This document shows, one piece after another, positions 23,722 to 24,025 of a DNA stretch of 24,025 bases (the stretch's first letter is position 1; the number at the start of each line of letters is the position of its first letter). The stretch spans positions 1-24,025 of IMG/VR virus record IMGVR_UViG_3300020042_003772; one strand, written 5' to 3'. Position numbers and translations under genes: made by a program. The DNA is from a virus (taxonomy: Duplodnaviria; Caudoviricetes). Below the pieces are notes generated by a model. That model ran no database searches, had not been told where the DNA came from, and saw only the letters and a list, made by a program, of their open reading frames with translations.

Positions 23722-23808
23722 ATGAAACAATCAACTAAAGACGCAATCACAGTTACAATCATTATCATTCTCGCTTTACTCGGCGATTCAATTTTTAACC
23801 AACTATAA
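23722..23808 (+). CDS. 28-aa single-TM peptide
   Basis: Not in the ORF track. MKQSTKDAITVTIIIILALLGDSIFNQL*; packed 3-4 nt from its neighbours. Confidence 0.55.
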   Translation: MKQSTKDAITVTIIIILALLGDSIFNQL

Positions 23809-23812
23809 AACC

Positions 23813-23986
23813 ATGACACAAAAAAGAGGGCGCAAGCCAATTCCAGAAGAACAAAAAAAGAAACCTTTAATTGTTTACCTATCCGAAAATCAAATTAACG
23901 CGCTCGGTGGTAAATTAACCGCTTCAAAAATGTTACAAAATTATTCACTAAACAAACTAAAACAAAATGAAAAAAAGATTATTTGA
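23813..23986 (+). CDS. 57-aa putative DNA-binding protein (GRKP arm plus ribbon-helix-helix-like)
   Basis: Not in the ORF track. MTQKRGRKPIPEEQKKKPLIVYLSENQINALGGKLTASKMLQNYSL... Confidence 0.65.
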   Translation: MTQKRGRKPIPEEQKKKPLIVYLSENQINALGGKLTASKMLQNYSLNKLKQNEKKII

Positions 23987-24025
23987 AATTATTGACTATG
24001 TTTTAAAAGACGATAACATTATCGT
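23967..24025 (+). CDS. 5' end of a hypothetical protein, truncated by the window end
   Basis: Leader AAACTAAAACAAA followed by ATG; reads MKKRLFEIIDYVLKDDNII and stays open to the end. Confidence 0.5.
   Translation, partial: MKKRLFEIIDYVLKDDNII

Overview
AT-rich, almost entirely + strand late region of a tailed dsDNA phage, probably with a non-contractile tail (tape measure and tail tube present, no sheath seen). The host is very likely a Bacteroidota member, judged from TAnnTTTG promoters, A-rich leaders with no Shine-Dalgarno sequence and a Q-rule signal peptide. Gene order: glycan-modification genes (GT-B fragment, CxxCxC protein, O-methyltransferase, GT-A), ParB-like protein, Mom-family DNA hypermodification enzyme, HNH, TerS, TerL, frameshifting tail chaperone, tail genes, tape measure, prohead protease, scaffold, capsid, tail tube, portal, connector, terminator, fibre, lysis genes, double terminator, then an early promoter with small ORFs. 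Two observations stand out. (1) The 3' end of the mom-like gene contains a complete antisense transcription unit: a promoter -7 box, a tRNA-Gly(UCC)-like RNA with GlyRS identity elements but a non-canonical T-arm, and an intrinsic terminator. This suggests a phage-encoded dedicated glycyl donor for DNA modification. (2) A tail-fibre-like protein carries a Sec signal peptide and is strongly enriched in Bacteroidota O-glycosylation sequons, suggesting periplasmic export and glycosylation by the host. All calls come from reading motifs by eye; no database searches were run.
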